Virus record (IMG/VR): IMGVR_UViG_3300025005_000002
Span: 96,001-160,000 of that record
Origin: a virus
Length of the DNA stretch: 64,000 nucleotides
Strand: one strand, 5' to 3'
Both the position numbers and the translations under genes were made by a program. Numbering within the stretch: the stretch's first letter is position 1; each line of letters opens with the position of its first letter. Shown here piece after piece: positions 36,985 to 47,230 of the stretch. A model generated the notes under the pieces. That model ran no database searches. It was not told the origin of the DNA and saw nothing but the letters and a program-made list of their open reading frames with translations.

Positions 36985-37624
36985 TAAGAAGGCTTGGCCC
37001 AAATATATTAATCGGATTGGAAAAGAGGAGAGGTCTAAACGGCAGATAGTGTCGTATATTAAAAATAGAGATAAAGTACAGGCAAGGCATAAAATAAGAA
37101 GGGTAGAGATCTGTGAGTTTGTGGACGAGCAAAAGAAAGGAAAACAGTGTGCCTATTGTGGCAATGTGGATTGGAGGGTATTAGAATTCCATCATCTGGG
37201 CGATAAAGATATGTGGGTTAGTATTATGCGGAAGTACGCATGGGGCAGGGATAAAATCTTGGCTGAGATTGCTAAGTGTGTTATATTGTGCACCAATTGT
37301 CATAAGATTCTTCACCACGAAGAGAGACAAACAGAACAGGTAGCGAGTGGCTGGAAATGCAGTAGGGCCAGAAGGGCCGCTGCGTATAAACTAGTTGATG
37401 ATTATAAGAAGAAGAGTAAGTGTATCAAGTGTGGAAATAATGATTGGCGTGTGTTAGAATTTAATCATAGGGACCCAGCGACCAAAAGTGGTGATATTGG
37501 TCGTATGCGTAGTGACGGGTGTACCAAGAAACTTGTGATAGAGATGGCGCAATGCGATATGTACTGCGGTAACTGTCATAAACTATATCATTTAGGAGAA
37601 TGTGGTGATGCAGAAAAGGACTAA
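36938..37624 (+). CDS. protein with two tandem HNH domains
   Basis: CAYCGNVDWRVLEFHH...LCTNCHKILH and CIKCGNNDWRVLEFNH...YCGNCHKLYH. Confidence 0.8.
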   Translation: MERMMRKSAEKRKEYNKKAWPKYINRIGKEERSKRQIVSYIKNRDKVQARHKIRRVEICEFVDEQKKGKQCAYCGNVDWRVLEFHHLGDKDMWVSIMRKYAWGRDKILAEIAKCVILCTNCHKILHHEERQTEQVASGWKCSRARRAAAYKLVDDYKKKSKCIKCGNNDWRVLEFNHRDPATKSGDIGRMRSDGCTKKLVIEMAQCDMYCGNCHKLYHLGECGDAEKD

Positions 37625-38675
37625 TAAGAGGAAAATATTATATGTTCTCGCCGACAGCCAGGGATGTGGACATTACCGTTGTCTTCTCCCGGCTTGGTAT
37701 TTGCAGATGATAACAGACACATATCATACTACATGTTCCTGGGAGTTGTCATTAGCTGACATGTATTGTTATGATATGATTATATTTCAGCGGCATTTTG
37801 AAGATAAGGTTAAACCGTTATGGGACGCAGCCAAAGATTCTGGAGTAATTATGGTATATGAAACGGATGATGACTTTTTTAATATCCGCCCAATAAACCC
37901 TGCGTATAAGTTTATACACAATAATGAAAAACAAAATGTTAGAAATTTTATGAAGATGGCAGATGCTGTAGTGGTATCTACTGAGCACCTAAAGAATCAG
38001 ATGAAGTGTTATAATAAGAATATTTATGTGATACCAAATATGGTTGAAGTGAATAAGGATTTTATTGCTCAACGGCCATATGATTACAGTAAAGAAATTC
38101 GTATCGTATATGCTGGTGGACCATCGCATGGTGATGATTTTAGGGGGATGGAGGCGTCTATAGTTAAATTACTTGATGAATTTGGTGATAAAATTAAAGT
38201 GTTTTTTATGGGGTGGGTACCAGAATGTTTGAAAGAAGAGAAACGTATCATACAAATACCTTGGCTAAAGATTGGTGAGTATCTCCATACTTTGGCTAGT
38301 ATACAGCCACATATTGGTATTTGTCCTCTGGAAGAAAATATTTTTAATAGAAGTAAAAGTAATATGAAATGGCTTGAATATACAGCAGTGGGTGCGGTTA
38401 CTGTTGCTTCCAATGTGTTACCATACCAAGAGGTTATTACTTCTGGGATTAATGGTGTGTTAGTTGATGGTCAAAGGTCACGTGATTGGTGCCATGCATT
38501 GGAGGATTTAATCAATAATCCAGATAAGATTAAACCAATGGTAACTGGTGCAGTACAAGTTATGGAAGAGAAACAATTAAATATTGTAACTAGTCCAATA
38601 CTTTCGAATGTCATTGGTACGATATTTAATAATGTGGCCGCAATGAGGGAACAAAAGAGAAAGAAGGCATCTTAG
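37602..38675 (+). CDS. GT-B fold glycosyltransferase (GT4-like)
   Basis: GCGHYR, YETDDD, AGGPSH, IGICPL...NRSKSNMKWLEY. Confidence 0.8.
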   Translation: MVMQKRTNKRKILYVLADSQGCGHYRCLLPAWYLQMITDTYHTTCSWELSLADMYCYDMIIFQRHFEDKVKPLWDAAKDSGVIMVYETDDDFFNIRPINPAYKFIHNNEKQNVRNFMKMADAVVVSTEHLKNQMKCYNKNIYVIPNMVEVNKDFIAQRPYDYSKEIRIVYAGGPSHGDDFRGMEASIVKLLDEFGDKIKVFFMGWVPECLKEEKRIIQIPWLKIGEYLHTLASIQPHIGICPLEENIFNRSKSNMKWLEYTAVGAVTVASNVLPYQEVITSGINGVLVDGQRSRDWCHALEDLINNPDKIKPMVTGAVQVMEEKQLNIVTSPILSNVIGTIFNNVAAMREQKRKKAS

Positions 38676-41600
38676 TGCAAAATTTTATACATACCCACTG
38701 CCATAGTTCATATTCACTAATGGATGGGGTCACTTCCCCGGCTAAGATGGTAGCACATGCTAAGAAACTTGGGTTCCAGGGTTTGTGTCTCACCGATCAT
38801 GGTAATATCTTTGGTGCCATACCATTTTATGAGGCATGTAAAGAACAAGGGTTGAAATGTGGTATTGGTATTGAGGGGTATGTGTCTAAGGAGAGGAAAT
38901 TTGAAGGACGGGAGAAACTTGGACATATAGTGTTAATAGCCAAAAATATGGTGGGGTATAAGAATCTTATTAAGATTGTATCAGATGCCTTTGAAAATTT
39001 TTATTATAAACCTAGAATGTCGTTGGATGTTATTGCTAGGTTTAGTGAGGGGATTATTTGTTCAACTGCTTGTTTGCATGGATTGATTGCTAGGGATGTG
39101 TATGATGATAAGGCTGATGAAGCGGTTGCAACATTAAAACGATTGCGGTCTATATTTAATAATGATCTTTATGTTGAGGTGATGGAAACGGGGGTTAAGG
39201 GGCAAGGTGGTTGGGCAGATCTGATGTTAGAAATGGCGGAGAAATTTAAGATTAAACCAATTATTACTAATGATATACACTATTTAAATAAGGATGATGC
39301 TGAAATACAAGATGCAATGGTTGCATTACAATTTGGAACGCATATTTTGGATAGGAAACGTGGTGTTGTTTATGGTGACTGGCCAGACGATGTGAGTAAA
39401 CCATCAATTTTGAATGCTGAATATTATATGAAGACTCGTGGTGAGTTGGAGAAATTTGCTTCCAATATCCCAAAAGTAGCATTTGATAATACAATGGAGA
39501 TTTGTGAGAAATTAGAAGATTATAATATTGAGTTTAAGACTGGTAAATATATGCCAGAACTGCCTAAGTCGTTTTTACCGGCAAACATAGAGACTAATGA
39601 TGAATACTTAAAGACGCTTGCTTATGATGGGCTAAAAAGTAAAGGTATAGATACACAAGAGTATAGAGATAGGTTGGAGTATGAGTTAGGTGTAATATCA
39701 AAACTTAATTTTTCTTCATATTTTTTAATCCTTGGTATTGTTATAAAGGAGGTACGTAAGCGTGGTATTTTAGTTGGACCAGGAAGAGGTTCGGCAGGAG
39801 GCAGTTTAACTTTATTTGCTCTTGGGATATCGGGTGTAGATCCAATAAAATACAAGCTTATGTTTGAGCGGTTCTTAAACTCTAGTCGTATTGATCTGCC
39901 TGATGTTGATATAGATTTTGAGCAACGAAGGAGACCAGAGGTTATTGATATTGTACAGCAAATTTTTGGAGCTGATAAAGTTTCTAAGCTCGCAATATTT
40001 AACAATATGACAACCAAATTGGCGATTAGAGAAGCTTTGCGGGCCATTGAACCAAATCGTAAAAGAGTAGATGAGCTTATAAAGGATCTTGGTGGTTTAG
40101 ATGAACTGGAGCCTAAAGAGTTATTTGAGGAGACTGCAAAGAGAGAAGAAGAAGGTGTAATGGTTGTCATGGATAAGATGCGGGCATTTAAATCCCCTCG
40201 AGCGGGTAAGAGTTGGTATGATTTCGCTGCTGGGCTGTCTGGCAATCCTAAGGCTGTATCGATCCATGCATCTGGGGTTATAATTTCTAAGGATAGGTTT
40301 AGTGATATAGTACCAACATTTAGGGTGAATAGAGAGTCAGAGACGGCATTGATGTGTGATATGTATGTATCGTCAAAACTTGGGTTGGTTAAATTTGATT
40401 TGCTTGGTTTGACTACCCTTGATATTATTAAGATAACTTGCGAAATGATTAAAGAGAACCATGGCATAGATATTGATCCTTATGCCTTGCCGTTTGATGA
40501 CCAAAAAACGTTTGCGTTATTTCAGGCTGGGAATACATGTAGAGTATTTCAAGCTGAAGGAGATGGGTTCACCAATATGATGAAGGGATTGGTCCCAACC
40601 GAGTTCGAACATATTATTGCTATGAATGCCCTTTATAGGCCAGGGGCTTTGGCTTATGATGAAGCGATTAAAATGTCAGCCGCTGAAAAATATATAAGGA
40701 CTAAAAATGGTTTAATACCCCCAACCAAGATTGATCCATGTATTGATGATGTACTTGCACCTACGCACTATATGATGCTTTTCCAAGAGCAGATTATGGA
40801 AATTGCACGGCGTGTAGCTGGGTATACTATGGCAGAAGCCGATCACCTACGTAAGGTTATTGGTAAGAAATTGGTTAAAGAGATTGATGATGAAGGTGAC
40901 AAGTTTGTCGCAGGTGCTATTAAAAACGGAAAGAGCAAGGAATTTGCTGAATATATTTTTGGCCTTATTAAGCCATCAGCAAGGTATCTCTGGAATAGAG
41001 CACATTCTGCAGCATATGGAGTCATCACTTACATCACGGCATACTTAAAGGCTCATTATCCCGTAGAATTTATGTGCGCTAACCTTATAATGACTGATGC
41101 TGATCAAGCAAAGGTTATCATTGCTGATTGTAAGAAACTTGGAATCAAAATTTCAAGACCTGATGTTAATAAGTCTAAACTGTCATTTTCTGCTTCTGGT
41201 GATACTATATACATAGGTTTGTCTTCTATCAAAGGCATCGGTGAGACTTCTGCTGGTGCATTAATCTCTGAACGCAATAAAAATGGTGAATATAGATCAT
41301 TTGCCGATTTTATTAATAGAAATCGTAGTGTGCCATCTAATCAAGTTACTCAATTAGCATTGGCTGGTGGATTCTCATTTGATAAGAGTATAAATAGGAA
41401 GGATATAATAGAGAATATAGCAGAGATTAAGAAGTATATACGAGTAAAGAGCCTTTCTCCAAAGGTTGTAATGAGTAGATATACTACTGCTAGTGAGTTT
41501 GATAAGCCAGCATATAAAAAGGCAATAGAAACTGGGTTCCTTGGTTTGGAGTTGCCTGATGATATAATTTCGGTCCCATGGTTTAAGAAGCAAGTTGAGT

Positions 41601-42211
41601 ATGATTTGTCGGAGATATTAGAGATTGAATCGGAAGTAATAGGGCTTTTAGATGTTGATTCGGTGTTAGATATATATCAAGCATTAGCCGATTCGGTTGG
41701 GGCTATTTCACTTACCAAGGCATTAACATTACCAACACAATCAGTTGTTTATATTTATGGAATTAATGGTGGGGTGGAGGTTATTTATCCAAAGAAAGAT
41801 CAAACATGGAGTAAATTTGGGTCGGTGGCTGTGATTGATAGGGAGGGGCTCCATCAGAGGAATATAAATATTAATACAGAAGATTTGGATGATAATGTGG
41901 TGAGTGGGGTTAATTATGGGTGTATTAAGACTTCTCTTAACAAGAAGTTTATCCCAATTATTGTAAAGGGTATTGTAAAATATAGTAATAAGCGTGGTAA
42001 GGGGTTAACTTTGGTAGGGAAGCCCACATTGCCACAGCAAGGGATTAAGGTTAAAAATATTGGATTTATGAAGGCCCCATCTATGATGGATAAGATAATT
42101 ATTAGTAAAGTTTGTGGAGACCTTGGGAGTATCGATATACTTACTAATGATATAATTAAATCGCTCGTGGGTATAGTGGGACCGACAATATTTGCGAATA
42201 TACGGGAGTAA
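38675..42211 (+). CDS. dnaE: DNA polymerase III alpha subunit (family C)
   Basis: PHP domain HTHCHSSYSLMDG, TDHG; GPGRGSAGGS, PDVDIDF, HASGV, KFDLLGL, NALYRPG, FQEQIM, NRAHS. Confidence 0.95.
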   Translation: MQNFIHTHCHSSYSLMDGVTSPAKMVAHAKKLGFQGLCLTDHGNIFGAIPFYEACKEQGLKCGIGIEGYVSKERKFEGREKLGHIVLIAKNMVGYKNLIKIVSDAFENFYYKPRMSLDVIARFSEGIICSTACLHGLIARDVYDDKADEAVATLKRLRSIFNNDLYVEVMETGVKGQGGWADLMLEMAEKFKIKPIITNDIHYLNKDDAEIQDAMVALQFGTHILDRKRGVVYGDWPDDVSKPSILNAEYYMKTRGELEKFASNIPKVAFDNTMEICEKLEDYNIEFKTGKYMPELPKSFLPANIETNDEYLKTLAYDGLKSKGIDTQEYRDRLEYELGVISKLNFSSYFLILGIVIKEVRKRGILVGPGRGSAGGSLTLFALGISGVDPIKYKLMFERFLNSSRIDLPDVDIDFEQRRRPEVIDIVQQIFGADKVSKLAIFNNMTTKLAIREALRAIEPNRKRVDELIKDLGGLDELEPKELFEETAKREEEGVMVVMDKMRAFKSPRAGKSWYDFAAGLSGNPKAVSIHASGVIISKDRFSDIVPTFRVNRESETALMCDMYVSSKLGLVKFDLLGLTTLDIIKITCEMIKENHGIDIDPYALPFDDQKTFALFQAGNTCRVFQAEGDGFTNMMKGLVPTEFEHIIAMNALYRPGALAYDEAIKMSAAEKYIRTKNGLIPPTKIDPCIDDVLAPTHYMMLFQEQIMEIARRVAGYTMAEADHLRKVIGKKLVKEIDDEGDKFVAGAIKNGKSKEFAEYIFGLIKPSARYLWNRAHSAAYGVITYITAYLKAHYPVEFMCANLIMTDADQAKVIIADCKKLGIKISRPDVNKSKLSFSASGDTIYIGLSSIKGIGETSAGALISERNKNGEYRSFADFINRNRSVPSNQVTQLALAGGFSFDKSINRKDIIENIAEIKKYIRVKSLSPKVVMSRYTTASEFDKPAYKKAIETGFLGLELPDDIISVPWFKKQVEYDLSEILEIESEVIGLLDVDSVLDIYQALADSVGAISLTKALTLPTQSVVYIYGINGGVEVIYPKKDQTWSKFGSVAVIDREGLHQRNININTEDLDDNVVSGVNYGCIKTSLNKKFIPIIVKGIVKYSNKRGKGLTLVGKPTLPQQGIKVKNIGFMKAPSMMDKIIISKVCGDLGSIDILTNDIIKSLVGIVGPTIFANIRE

Positions 42212-42416
42212 TATGCCAAAGACAATAGTTACTGGGGCAATGAATGTTAGTGTTGATGTGCGTGAGGTTATGAATAGTTATGTGTGTAATAAAGTTGGGA
42301 TAGGGGAGGGGCAGTATGCAGATCCAAAATTTGCACTAGATGATTTAGGGGCTATGCTTGTTTCTCTTGGAAAAGATAGGGGGATCAAAATTAAAGTAGT
42401 GATAGACCATAAATGA
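42192..42416 (+). CDS. hypothetical protein
   Basis: ORF track; likely start MPKTIV. Confidence 0.55.
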   Translation: MRIYGSNMPKTIVTGAMNVSVDVREVMNSYVCNKVGIGEGQYADPKFALDDLGAMLVSLGKDRGIKIKVVIDHK

Positions 42417-43447
42417 AAATCCTCATAGTTGGAGACATCCACATTGATGGAAATTGGACCGAAGATACTGATGAAGTTTTGTCTAAAATAACCGGGTTTG
42501 CGTATGGATGTGAGAAAGTTATTCTCCTTGGGGACATATATCATCGTAGGGATGTACAAAAGGGAGGGAAAGAAGAAGCCAGATTTCATAGATTTTTGGG
42601 GTCTTTACCAAGAGAAGCCGAGATTCATATATTAACTGGTAATCATGATCTATCTGATGAGCGCAATCTATTGGCGGAAGTCAAAACCTTTCCATTTATT
42701 CAAAGGATATATTTATATGATGAACTGAGCATACCATTTTCTATTGGTGACAAATTAGCCGTAATGTTGCCATGGGAAGTTCATCGTAGGACTGATACTG
42801 TTGAATGGTTTAAATCTAAGTGTGAATATTTAAAAACACTCAATGAAAAGTTTATATTATTTGCACATCTGCCGTTGATTGAGGCCAAGTTTAATAATAC
42901 TAAAATGATTAGTAATCAAGCAAAGAATTTCCCTTCAGTTAAATTATTAGAAGCGATACCAAATTTTGAGTTTGCATTTCTTGGTGATATTCATTTACCA
43001 CAAGATGTTGGTCATCGTGCAATATATGTTGGAGGGATTAGAAATATAAATTTTGCAGAAAATGGCGATAAACGGGTTATATTGTTTGATACAGATAAAA
43101 TGGTTGGTACCAATTTATGGCTTGGTTGCAGGGATACGTATATGGCTGATATTAAGATGGCCGACCTTAAGGGTTTATTATTAGATCCAATACTTACCAA
43201 TAAAATGGTAAAATTGAAGGTGCACTGTACACAGGAGGAATATGAAAGAGGGATAGAATTAATAGATCATAAGGCGTATGATCTAAAAATAGATTATGAG
43301 ATACAGGGTAAAAAAGAGTTTAAAAGCCTCGATATAACTGATGATGACCGTATGTTTTATATGTATTGTGATACATTGTCTGGGAAGTATGGTGTCAATA
43401 TAATAGATAAAGTTAAAATTATTGGTAGGGATATTATTAATGGATGA
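42413..43447 (+). CDS. sbcD: SbcD/Mre11 (gp47-like) nuclease
   Basis: GDIH, LGDIY, GNHD, AHL, GDIHL metallophosphoesterase motifs; adjacent to SbcC. Confidence 0.85.
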   Translation: MKILIVGDIHIDGNWTEDTDEVLSKITGFAYGCEKVILLGDIYHRRDVQKGGKEEARFHRFLGSLPREAEIHILTGNHDLSDERNLLAEVKTFPFIQRIYLYDELSIPFSIGDKLAVMLPWEVHRRTDTVEWFKSKCEYLKTLNEKFILFAHLPLIEAKFNNTKMISNQAKNFPSVKLLEAIPNFEFAFLGDIHLPQDVGHRAIYVGGIRNINFAENGDKRVILFDTDKMVGTNLWLGCRDTYMADIKMADLKGLLLDPILTNKMVKLKVHCTQEEYERGIELIDHKAYDLKIDYEIQGKKEFKSLDITDDDRMFYMYCDTLSGKYGVNIIDKVKIIGRDIING

Positions 43448-43763
43448 TAATAACGGGTTTAGGGATAAAGTAATCGCTATGTATGAACATAGGCAGGCAT
43501 TTGGATGCCCTACTATGAAATGCAAGTCTTTACAAGATACCATTTTAAAAGAAAGTAATGATAATACATATGAATTATGTTTAAGTATAAGTGTCCTATT
43601 ATTTTTAAATAATATAGAAATCAATGATGGGGTATTGGGTGATATGGCTGCATTGGTATATAGAAATAATATAAAATATGGCATAAAATGTGCTTCTACT
43701 TCATTTGAAATATGCCAGGCATGTGCGGTAAGCAAATTAATTAATAATAAGGATGTACAATAG
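43440..43763 (+). CDS. hypothetical protein between sbcD and sbcC
   Basis: Coupled ORF, start moved to ATG 43440. Confidence 0.55.
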   Translation: MDDNNGFRDKVIAMYEHRQAFGCPTMKCKSLQDTILKESNDNTYELCLSISVLLFLNNIEINDGVLGDMAALVYRNNIKYGIKCASTSFEICQACAVSKLINNKDVQ

Positions 43764-45913
43764 TGAGGCTTATACTTAATAATTTTTTATCATATGGGGA
43801 CAATGTTGTTGTGGACATTTCTCCTGGGGTTACGTTAATCCGTGGAGATAATGGTGTTGGTAAATCTGGGTTACTGGAGGCATTCACATATGCTATCTGG
43901 GGTAAAGCACGCGGAACTTCTGAGTTTCCTGGTGGAGATCACCTTATACGTGATAGCAATAGAAATATGTCTGTGGAACTTGGATTATCCTCGTCCAATC
44001 AAGTTAAAATCACTCGTGGTCGTGATGATCTTGCTACTAATCTTTCTATTAATTTATGTGGTGCGGATCAACAATTTGTTACTTTAGATGGTGGCGAGAA
44101 GATAATCAATAATATAGTTGGTATGGGGTATGATACATTTGTTAAGACTGCATATTTTCAACAAGGTAAAGATAAGGCATTTTCCGAATTAACATCTACA
44201 GAATCACGCAAAAAAGTTGTTGAAATGCTTGGATTAGATCGTTGGCAAGAGAAGCAAGCAATAGCATCGAAAAAATTAGATGAGATTAAAAAACAAATTA
44301 CAAAATATAAGATTATTATGGATAGTATAGATAATAAGGTTTTAACTGCTGAAATAGAGCAGGCTACCACAGAGACCAAAGATACACAAAATAAGATTAA
44401 TATTGCTGGGCTTGAATTAGAGATTACTAAAAATATGTTAACTAGTGCCCGATTTAATGCGTCAGCATTATCAGATAAAATTAGTGCTATAAGTGCTCAG
44501 GTTGCATTGGAAGAGGAAAAGCGGAAAGCATTAACTATTGTTAAGCTAGAGATTGAAGATTATTCGCAAAAAATGTGGAATCTTAGGAAACAGTTAAAGG
44601 TTAATGTTGATAGGGGCATTGCTATCAATATTAATATGAAAGCATTGCAAGAGCAGATAGATAGGGTAGATATTGGGGTCATAGTGGAGCTCCAAGAAAG
44701 AGATCGGGTGACGTTAATATCGCATCGAAATGTTTTATTAAATAAGAAAGATGCTTTAAGAGATATGACTAATCAAATATCAACCATGGAGAAGCAGAGA
44801 GATAACTTAACCACATGTGGGATGGAATGCCCAGTGTTGGGTACTAAATGTGAAATGTTGGGGCAAGATAGATTACAAGAGAGAGTCAAAAAAATAAATG
44901 AAGATATTGCCTATATGACTATTGACATGCTTAGTTTGGGGGAAGACATAAATAAACTGCAGCTTAAAATTTCTATATATGAAGCCAACATAAATAAATA
45001 TGAGAATATAAAGACTGATTATGCTACAAATGTATCGAAATTAGATGGGCTTGCTTTAGAGCGCAAGGGGATTGATGAATTAATTACTTCAACTAAATCA
45101 AATGTTGATAATATTAATACTTTAATGCAAAATACTAATATTAAATATGCTTCGGTATCAACAGAATTAGAACAAATAAAGACTGGGATGATTACGGTTG
45201 TTAATCTTAGACAAGAGTATACCAAGGTTAATGCTGATGTTTCCACATTAGAGAAAGAGTTAAAAGGTAGAGAAGATGATATTAAAAAATTAAATAATAC
45301 TATAGCTTCAGATGAGGCCAAGATAAAAATAAATACAGGGAAATTAAAAGAATTTGATAAATTTTCTTCTCTCTGTGATGGGTGTATTAATGAACAACAT
45401 ATATATGACATATTAACTATAGCATTTGGCCCAAATGGTGTACCAGCTATGCAGATAGAGGCTATGAAGGATCAGATTGAGGTATTGGCTAATAATATAC
45501 TGCAGTATGGTGGGCAGAAATTGTCAGTGTCGATACTTTTAAAGGAACCGAAGAAATCAGGAGATGGTGTAAAAGATGTATTTAAGATCTTGGTAAAGAC
45601 TGGAGATAGGGTAATTCCCCTATTTAGGCTCTCTGGTGGGGAGGCTTATTGGGTTGATCTTAGTGTCCGTGCAGCATTGTTTCTTGTGTGGCGTGTGCGA
45701 AACCCAGATAATATATTAGATATTTTAATGATAGATGAAGGGCTTGGTAAGATAGATGATGGGAAACGTAGGATATTGGTAGATGTACTTAAATATTTAT
45801 CTACTAAGGTAAAACGAGTACTCGTCATAACTCATACGGATCTTAAAAATTTGGTGGATGAGTTTGATAATGTGATCACAGTTAGTAAAATTGATGGTGT
45901 GAGTACGGTATAA
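43763..45913 (+). CDS. sbcC: SbcC/Rad50 (gp46-like) ATPase
   Basis: GDNGVGKS, YFQQG Q-loop, coiled coil with CPVLG hook-like region, LSGGE, IDEG, ITH. Confidence 0.9.
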   Translation: MRLILNNFLSYGDNVVVDISPGVTLIRGDNGVGKSGLLEAFTYAIWGKARGTSEFPGGDHLIRDSNRNMSVELGLSSSNQVKITRGRDDLATNLSINLCGADQQFVTLDGGEKIINNIVGMGYDTFVKTAYFQQGKDKAFSELTSTESRKKVVEMLGLDRWQEKQAIASKKLDEIKKQITKYKIIMDSIDNKVLTAEIEQATTETKDTQNKINIAGLELEITKNMLTSARFNASALSDKISAISAQVALEEEKRKALTIVKLEIEDYSQKMWNLRKQLKVNVDRGIAININMKALQEQIDRVDIGVIVELQERDRVTLISHRNVLLNKKDALRDMTNQISTMEKQRDNLTTCGMECPVLGTKCEMLGQDRLQERVKKINEDIAYMTIDMLSLGEDINKLQLKISIYEANINKYENIKTDYATNVSKLDGLALERKGIDELITSTKSNVDNINTLMQNTNIKYASVSTELEQIKTGMITVVNLRQEYTKVNADVSTLEKELKGREDDIKKLNNTIASDEAKIKINTGKLKEFDKFSSLCDGCINEQHIYDILTIAFGPNGVPAMQIEAMKDQIEVLANNILQYGGQKLSVSILLKEPKKSGDGVKDVFKILVKTGDRVIPLFRLSGGEAYWVDLSVRAALFLVWRVRNPDNILDILMIDEGLGKIDDGKRRILVDVLKYLSTKVKRVLVITHTDLKNLVDEFDNVITVSKIDGVSTV

Positions 45914-45924
45914 AGGAGGTATAA

Positions 45925-46149
45925 ATGGTCTGGAAATATCGCAGGAGGATAGTTAAGATATTAAACGGTGTAGAGATTGATATCGCTGGATTGTGTGAAA
46001 TTAAAGAAGGTGATTTATTTAAGATGTATAACGATGGGGACCAATTGGATGATGATTATACAACTGGTAGGATTTGGATTGCCAGATCAAATCCAATCCC
46101 AAGTAAAGAATATGATTTATTGTACGAAATACAGGGAGAAGCAATGTGA
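45925..46149 (+). CDS. hypothetical protein
   Basis: AAGGAGGT RBS. Confidence 0.65.
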   Translation: MVWKYRRRIVKILNGVEIDIAGLCEIKEGDLFKMYNDGDQLDDDYTTGRIWIARSNPIPSKEYDLLYEIQGEAM

Positions 46150-46688
46150 TGTGTACTGGGAATATTATTGAGTTTGGGTGTAAGGTTATCACTGAGGAAC
46201 TTGTTTTTAATAAAACAATTTTAGATGTTGGTGCGTATGATGTTAATGGATCTTTGAAAGATATGGTAATGAAGTTTAATCCGAGATTATATGTTGGGGT
46301 TGATATAAGAGAAGGACCCAATGTTGATATTGTGTGTGATATATCTGATATAGAACATCTATTTGAGATGGAATCATTTGATGTGGTTATATGTACGGAA
46401 GTGTTGGAGCATGTGGAAAATTGGCGTGTTGCCATAGATAATTTAAGGCAGGTAGTAAAATCAGGTGGGTTTATTCTAATAACAGTTCCTACTATTGGGT
46501 TCCCTTATCATGGGTATCCTAATGATTACTGGCGGTTTACATTAGATAATTTCAGAGACATATTTAGTGATTTTGATTGGATTGCATGGCAGCAGCATAA
46601 TGACCCAGGTATTTGTATATTAATTCGTAAACCAATCGGGTATCAATATACGCTTACGTCAAGTACTATGGAGGTTGCGCGTGTTTGA
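46146..46688 (+). CDS. class I SAM-dependent methyltransferase
   Basis: ILDVGA, GVDIREGPNVD, FDVVICTEVLEHV, HGYPNDYWRFT. Confidence 0.85.
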   Translation: MMCTGNIIEFGCKVITEELVFNKTILDVGAYDVNGSLKDMVMKFNPRLYVGVDIREGPNVDIVCDISDIEHLFEMESFDVVICTEVLEHVENWRVAIDNLRQVVKSGGFILITVPTIGFPYHGYPNDYWRFTLDNFRDIFSDFDWIAWQQHNDPGICILIRKPIGYQYTLTSSTMEVARV

Positions 46689-46893
46689 TTGGAAGCAATT
46701 TAGTATTTATTTATTTAGATGGCAACTATCAACTATTACTCTAGCCCCGTGTATTTATTATTTGAATCCAAGAATAGGGGCTATTTTCTCTACAATTATT
46801 GCCAATTTTGTTGGTGGTGTGATATTCTATTTTGTGGATAAATATTTAATATTTAAGGAGGGAAATAATGCCAGTGTCAAAATTCAATCTTAA
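46675..46893 (+). CDS. GtrA-like small membrane protein
   Basis: Two TM helices ending ANFVGGVIFYFVDKYLIFK, like GtrA helix ends. Confidence 0.55.
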   Translation: MRVFDWKQFSIYLFRWQLSTITLAPCIYYLNPRIGAIFSTIIANFVGGVIFYFVDKYLIFKEGNNASVKIQS

Positions 46894-47230
46894 TAAGTAT
46901 TTTGATTTTAAGGGTATTATTGCTATGGTTGTTGGGCTTTCTGTATTAATCGGGTCAGTCCTTGGAGTAAATGCATATTTTGCAAAGGATCGAGAGTTTA
47001 AAGCATATGTAGTTTCTGTGGATCGGAGATTTGCTGAGTCAGACACCAGGTTACTAATATATCAGGCGGAGCAATCGAAATCTTATGTACAGGAAAAGAT
47101 ATGGAAAGTACAAGATAGGGTGGAGCAAAAGCCTGGTGATATCGAATCTAAACATAAGTTACGTGAATTACAAAATGAAAAAGAGGAACTAGATATTAGG
47201 ATACAAGATTTGAAGAATGGCAAACAGTAA
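46868..47230 (+). CDS. membrane-anchored coiled-coil protein
   Basis: One N-terminal TM (IIAMVVGLSVLIGSVLGV) then charged helix. Confidence 0.6.
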   Translation: MPVSKFNLNKYFDFKGIIAMVVGLSVLIGSVLGVNAYFAKDREFKAYVVSVDRRFAESDTRLLIYQAEQSKSYVQEKIWKVQDRVEQKPGDIESKHKLRELQNEKEELDIRIQDLKNGKQ

